This document shows, one piece after another, positions 56,980-64,000 of a stretch of 64,000 nt of DNA. This stretch comes from Octopus vulgaris (taxonomy: Eukaryota). The notes under the pieces are model-generated. The model was not told the origin of the DNA. It ran no database searches and worked only from the letters and a program-made list of their open reading frames with translations. The DNA is taken from NCBI GenBank assembly GCA_951406725.2, contig OX597831.1, forward strand, positions 60,512,001 to 60,576,000, read 5' to 3'. The position numbers were made by a program, and so were the translations under genes. Positions within the stretch are counted from its first letter, which is position 1, and every line of letters begins with the position of its first letter.

Positions 56980-58979
56980 ATAGCGTGAATACGGACGATA
57001 TTCACGCTAGCTCTTGCGGAGGACAATTTTCGGGACTTCGGTTCCACTTTCGGGCCACTTCTTTGCCCCCTAACCTCGTGTGATGAAACTTATTTCTGCA
57101 AATGTGCTAAGCACCGATGCTGATCATAGTTTAATGAATAAATGAAGGAGCGAAGTAAATACAGTAAAAACAGTAGTTTAGTGGGATCCCATTTATGTGG
57201 TCCTTCAGATCTTGAACCTCCTTATGATACTGCCTAGGAATTTCGTGGTATGAAATTCATTGTCATCACACCGATTTGGTCGCCAATGCCATGTATTAAC
57301 TTTAAGATGCAGCCCTTAAATAAATATACCCCCTTAGAACATTCCCTGGGATTAGAGTAGTTCTTGGTTTGACGTTCGTTGTCCTTGCACCAACGATCTA
57401 GGAGGAATTAACGAACATAAAAACGTAACGGACAGAGAAAAATCGCCCCAATTCATATATATATATATATATATATATATAAATTTATAAATGAGGGTGA
57501 AAATTTGATATTTATTTTATAATACCATTAATTTAACACCAAGTGGCTTAGCACAAAAAAACTATTAGAGAGTTACCACTATGTGGATAACTCTAGTGCT
57601 AAAAATAGCTCCGATAGTATAGCCACAGAAAAGATGTTTCCGACTAGAAATAACATTAGATTTAACGGAAGGAAAGTGAAATATAACAAATATATATATA
57701 TGTATATATATATAAATGTAATTACATGTACATAAATCATTGCAATCTATACTTTTATTATTTCCATCATTTTTTGTACATTATCTAGTCATAAATTTAC
57801 ACCACAAGCGATGAAAAGCAAATATCATTCCCATTATCATCATATATCAGTTTCAGTTAATTGTTTCTCCCACTACGGAGCACTGCAAAACTACAGCAAG
57901 AACAATAACAACAACAACAACAATAACAATAATACTGATATTAATACTATACTAAGAATAATATTGACTATAATGATCATGATTATGCTAGAACACAAGC
58001 TGGAAACTAATCCACATAATTCCACCTTTGTCTCCGTGTTTATTGTCATGAAAATATATGTAAAATCAAATAAAATAGCGAGCGGAAAAGAGCGAAAAAA
58101 TCAATTAGAAAAGCTGATAATAGTTTGCAAAACCACTCAGAGATACACTTTAGACTACAAGCTAACTATTTTCTTCTATGAGAGGCGAACATTGACAAAT
58201 GACTGAACAATTAATAATTACTCTGTCATCGCTGAAGAATATAGGAAAAAACTATGGAACAATAAATGAAAATTAATACATAAAAAAATACGGAAGATTT
58301 TATATTTTACTTCTCTTTTCTGAAAAACGAATTATTGAGTTAAAAAATCAAAAATCAACGATTGTATGGAGAATGGAATTTTCCAGTAAAGAATCTGAAA
58401 TATTTTTTAATTATATTTTTGTTAAATGTTTTTCATTATTTCATTTTGTATATACATAATTACATACATAGATGCACTGGTACACACATATGTATATATA
58501 CGAGCACACACTGACACACACACACGAATAAAATGAATAAAACATATATTCCTATTTGAAAGTGAATTAGATTGTTTATAATCATCAGTATACTTATTAA
58601 ACAATGAGCATTAGCATCACTGTTAAATGAAAGACAGCAACTCCATGGTATCATGAAATTCAACAGCTATCACAATGTTTAACGTTGCCTCTCACATTTA
58701 AAACTTCGAATCCTACGGTCAATTTCTCTGTATTGTTATTCTACCAACACTCTCATTGACCGTAGAGTTACTCTCATCGCCAGAAAAAACCATCAACAGA
58801 AGCTCTTGTTCTACCGACTTATAACTCAGTTTAAAGTTTCTAATGCTGTAAGCGACAGAGATTCCAACTTATCCGAGGTTGCTCTGCAGCCACAAAGAAT
58901 GAAATTTTCCTGACTATGTTTTCAGTAATGCAAAAATGAAATACATCTCTTCTAATTTATATATTCATATATATACATA

Positions 58980-59250
58980 TCACCGTGTCCGAGCAGGCTA
59001 TCAGATGTTGCTACACATCGCTGGTCACAATGCGCTTCACACTGATTTGGCCTTCAAATGACGCCACCACGCTGGCTAAACGATCAGGCCAACAGAAGAA
59101 AGAGTGAGAGAAAGTTGTGGCGAAAGAGTACAGCAAGGATCGCCACCACCCTCTGCCGGAGCCTCGTGGAGCTTCAGATGTTTTCGCTCAATAAACACTC
59201 ACAACGCGAAACCGCGAGTCCGCCGCCCTAACCACTGGGCCATTGCGCCT

Positions 59251-59253
<3 letters not shown>
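58980..59253 (-). mobile_element. SINE family A, 3' module type 3, with B-box region deleted
   Basis: Homologous to 37463-37767, with deletions near 59207-59216. Confidence 0.88.
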
Positions 59254-59300
<47 letters not shown>

Positions 59301-60519
59301 GTGTGTGTGTTGTGTGTGCGCATGTTTATGCATTATGTGTAAAAATGAATAAAAGGAGAGTTTAGTTAGAATCACTTGCAGCGTATATTTTGTTAGTATT
59401 GTGTATAAGAGCAATGAAGTTCTTGCCCAATCATGCACTTAGTAATTGTAATCTGAGACGTGGATAAATGGCGGCATTAATAAAACTTTTGTAGTGTCAG
59501 GCATGCTTTCGGACAATATTTATTAGTTAAACTAACTGTAATGTTGTCTGATTATGATACACTATACAATGTGCATCATCGTTGGAAACTCCGTTATTCT
59601 TGTCACTGTTGCCAAACCTTTCTCTACTTTGTTTGCAACTATAATTATCATTCTCACCATAGCCGTTGTTGTCGTCTTCATCATCATCAAATTCATCTCT
59701 ACCGTAAGTGTGATTATCGCACGCATTGCTGTACTGGTTATGGAAATCTAAGAGAAATCTGGTGTCATTATCACTCCTGTCTGTATTAATTTCTCACATG
59801 CCAAACAACACCTCCATCTTAATAAATCATTCCTATTTAGCGATGTGTCTCAGAATTACTTTTTGAGTTAGATTAAAATATAATGTCGATAATATCGTAT
59901 CTTAACTCGTGCCTTGCAGATACAACGTCTGTCTATTTGAATATTGATAATATCCGAACTTCCTACTCCTAACTATTACATAAATAATATATATGGATGT
60001 GTGAAAGTTTGCTTGGTTTACCTTATATCAATTATGTCATTAAAATGCTAGTGTTTGGTGCGTTTATTATTTTTTTTTTATCAGGATGAATCTGCGCTTA
60101 AGAATTTGTTTTTGTTATCTTTAGCTAAGTAGATTTTCCAAAATCACAGTGAAAATATTAAAATTCTACTTATCTGAGTTTTATTTGATATAAAGAGAGA
60201 CCCGGATGTCAATTAACACTGTACAATACATTTTACCATACAGATTAGAAAAGATGTGGAGATTTGAGAATAAATATCGCAACACATGTTAAAAGGTGAG
60301 AAAGCTATATAAATACCCGTCGTTATTAAAATAGTTAATGATGAACACCCAACACGAAGATGTACAAAATAGTGATATGCGTCTATATAGCTACATTTTA
60401 CATATGAGATGCGCCATGCTTTAGTTAGACTTTGTAAACAATACTTCACTAAAATTACATACTGTTCAGTGGCCGAAATATCGTGCAATATAGATGTTAA
60501 ATATTATTCTAAGATATTA

Positions 60520-61490
60520 TTTTCTACTCTAGGAACAAGGTTCAAAATTTTGGGAAGGGGGCCAGTCGATTAGGTCGACTCCAGCATGCAACTGGTACTG
60601 AATTTATACATCCCGAGATGATGAAAGACAAAGTCAACCCCGGCGGAATTTGAACTCAGGACGTAAAGACAAATTAAATTCCGCTATGAATTTCGCCCGA
60701 TGTGTTAAATGTTCTGCCAGCTCACCGTCTTAAATAGCCTTTACTACTCTAGGCACAATGCTCGAAATTGTTGGGGAGGGGACCAGTCAATAAGATCGAC
60801 CCCATTACGGGAATGGTACTCAATTTATCGACCACGAATGTATGTAAGGCAAAGTCGACCTCGGCGTAGTTTGAACACAGAACGTAAAAACAGACGAAAT
60901 GTCGCAAAGCATTTCTCCCAGCTCGCCGCCTTATTACTCTAAACTATTTTAACTATTCATATTATTTACTTGACGTGAGAGATCAAATTTTTAGATGCTA
61001 GTCACATAAAACACATAATTGATTCTTTTCTACTCTAAGCACAAAGCACGAAATCGGTCTGAGTGCAAGTATGCAACTGGTACTTAATTTATCGACCACA
61101 AAAGGGTGAAAGGCATAGCTGACCTCGATGGAGTTTGAACTCAGAACGTAAAGACAGAGGAAATACCTATTTCTTTACTACCCACAAGGGGCTAAACACA
61201 GAGAGGTCAAACAAGGACAGACAAACGGATTAAGTCGATTATACCGACCCCTGTGCGTAACTGGTACTTATTTATTCGACCCCGAAAGGATGAAAGGCAA
61301 AGTCGACCTTGGCGGAATTTGAACTTAGAACTTAGCGGAAGACGAAATACGGTTAAGCATTTCGCCCAGCGTGCTAACGATTCTTCCAGCCAACCGCCTT
61401 AGCACTCTAAAATATTCTGAATATTTATATTACTTTGTTATCAATGTGAGGGTTCATGTTTTTATATACTAGTCATACAAAGCACAAAAT
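60520..61490 (-). mobile_element. Cluster of four co-oriented family B SINEs with a duplicated spacer
   Basis: Units at about 60520-60731, 60740-60932, 61025-61168 and 61169-61400. Spacer 60933-61020 resembles 61401-61490. Confidence 0.88.
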
Positions 61491-62209
61491 TTATTACCAT
61501 ATTGTTTGTGACCAACACGATGTGGCACGCAATAATAAGTAAAAAGAATCAAACTTATTTAATTTCTTATGTGGGAAAACTAACCAACTGAACAGAATTC
61601 TTAAAACTGATTTTTTCCACAGAAGACTAAAAGATACTACACAATCCAAAAATATTTATGGCTGAGATCTTTTTAATGTCAAGCATCGTTTGCCTGAATG
61701 ACTTTCATAAATATCATCACAGTCCTAATCTTCCTGTCTATGTGTGTGTGTCTGTTTCGATATATACAAACATATACATATATGTATATACATAAGCTTC
61801 TTTTTATGTCCACTTATAACAAAAACAATTTTACATTAATTTGAAGAGTTACTTCATTCATGAAATTTAAAAAAAAAAAAATTTTTTTAAATGATTCGTA
61901 TATTTAAAAGTATTAGAAATTAAGAAAATTAGAAAAAATATTTTATAACAGGGGAAATAAAAAATGAATGTCTTCCAACTTTTTTTGTTGCGTATGTATG
62001 TTTAGGAACATATATTACAAAACCATTAGAGTGTTTACTTTCGTTGAAACTTTGGGTAAGTTCTAAGCAATTTAAGATTTTGATGAGTGTAAACTTGTAA
62101 AAATGTTTTTCATCGATATTATCGGGATTATTTATATTGAAAATGGAAGGAGAGAAGAGAGTGAGATATTTTAGCCTCTAAAACAGATACTACTATTTTG
62201 AAATGTTTT

Positions 62210-62900
62210 AATGGACATGACCTTCTGGGCTTGCAAAAAGCGGCTAGCTCAAAGATTCGACTGAGAATGTAGTTCTTGAGTTTGAGGATATAGAAGGATT
62301 CATTATTAAAAAGTCGGCAGGGCTTGTTTTTATATTGATATAGCTGTACGTGTGACAGTATTTTACAATTGATGCTACGTGAAGTGTTTCATTTTATATA
62401 TTACATTCCATATAAGTTTGGATAGTGATGTATTATTTTTCGACTTTGGGTTACAAATAGAGAGCGTGGGTTTGATGTACCGCATGCTGAACTGATTTGA
62501 TGTAGATGCTATGCACTATGGGTATAGATATACTAATTAGTGTCGTGTTCGTGATTACTATTGCATTATTGAGGATATTGCTTGAGAAATAATTTCTTTC
62601 AAGAGGGCACAATAAAAGCGTTCTAAGATCGCAGTTTTGCTGTGTGGCTTATGTCTTGAAGTTTAGAGAATATATAGTGTTTGCAATTCGTTGCATTTCT
62701 TCAAAGTTGTTGTTGTTGGTGGAATTTGTTTTAACAGTGGATTGTTCATCATTGACAAATTTAACATGTACATACTAATGGATACTAATATATTGAGTCC
62801 TCAGATTTATGTATAAAATTCACTTGCCGGATCACTTCGCCGAATATGTTATTCTCACGTAATTTCCTTATAATACTTAAGCGACAGAAATCCATAATTA
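62210..62900 (-). mobile_element. Penelope-like element fossil (endonuclease region)
   Basis: CPLERNYFSSNILNNAIVITN and KILSHVQLYQYKNKPCRLFNNESFYIL...SRIFELAAFCK resemble the PLE motifs CPL.G.CL...I.Y.A.V and C.LC..EK..I...R.EL...C.H. Confidence 0.65.
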
Positions 62901-63492
62901 ACTATAAATTCAAAGTAAACGGTGAAGAAATGAAAAGAATCGAAAAGAACATGAAAAACGAAAAAATATAAATAATCAATAATTCACATAGAAGATAAAA
63001 GAGTCTTCTGTCTCCAGAACCGTACGTCTATTAATAGCCTCTTCCGCCTTTATTCAGTTTAATTGAGAACTACTAGCAATATTATCCATCAGTATCTGCC
63101 CTGCTCTTGGACGCACAGACGCAGACGTTTTGCTAGATATTAAGTGCGCTATTTCTTCCACAAAATGCTTTTAATATCTAGTATTATATATAGAAATATA
63201 TGTATATATATATATGAGGGAGAGTTCTCTGTATATGACTGGGGGGGCGGGTTGTTTTTGTGGGTCAATATATATGTATATTTTCAGTAATTATAATCAT
63301 AGGAAATTCGGTGATTGGTACATCCTCAGTATAGTCTATTACTTTACAATTTGTCATATAACATACTTTTTTGATAACGAAGACCTATACACATCTGAGA
63401 GCAAAACATAGTATCTACCTGCACAATATATCCCTCCAAACTCACATTCTACACAGACACACGCACACACACACATACGCATACGCACACAC

Positions 63493-63541
<49 letters not shown>

Positions 63542-63630
63542 AATACATATAAACTTTATAAGTTAGCTAAGGTTAGTAAAATTAATTTAACCACGTCAGA
63601 GCCGTAAAATGTATTATACTATTCACATGT

Positions 63631-63666
<36 letters not shown>

Positions 63667-63667
63667 A

Positions 63668-63890
63668 TCTTAATATATAAATCTGACAATGTGTATCTGT
63701 TTGTGAGTCTGTCTGTGTGAATCCCTAAGACTCGAGAACTACCCAAATTTTACACGTCTTACTTAGATATATATATATACATGTGAGATAATAGTTTCAA
63801 ACAATTTTTAACTTCTTGCCTAATGCGAGCCCGGAGCAATCCCTTATATCTTACACTATTTGACTGAAACTATTAAAGTGAAAATATTAA
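63668..63890 (+). mobile_element. Possible 5' part of a non-autonomous Helitron
   Basis: A|TCTTAATATATAAA start followed by a GTCT-type repeat; no 3' hairpin or CTAG seen. Confidence 0.4.
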
Positions 63891-64000
63891 TTCACATATA
63901 TCACATATATACAAGTATCTATACATACACATATATATATATATATATATGCACATATATACATATATATATATACATATATATACATATACAAATATAT

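Noticed and set aside
60520-61490. CRISPR-like repeat-spacer array
   Set aside because: The units are diverged SINEs of about 200 bp in eukaryotic DNA, and no cas genes are present.

Overview
Very AT-rich eukaryotic genomic DNA, saturated with microsatellites. It is most likely from an octopus, inferred from its tRNA-derived SINE families. I can support no intact protein-coding gene, and most entries in the ORF track are translated microsatellites. The window holds: (1) a probable, heavily decayed multi-exon adhesion-GPCR pseudogene on + (about 4.9-19.1 kb), with lectin-like, S/T/P stalk, GAIN, GPS and TM-like motifs in the expected order; (2) fossils of Tc1, mariner, Helitron, Penelope (GIY-YIG) and CR1/L2-like elements; (3) several SINE families with interchangeable 3' modules and a tandem SINE cluster; (4) many short (TA)n-flanked elements, often fold-back, carrying minimal Penelope-type hammerhead ribozyme motifs with non-canonical cores; (5) a Tc1 copy disrupted by a two-segment, microhomology-joined templated insertion. 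All alignments and folds were done by eye, and no database search was run.
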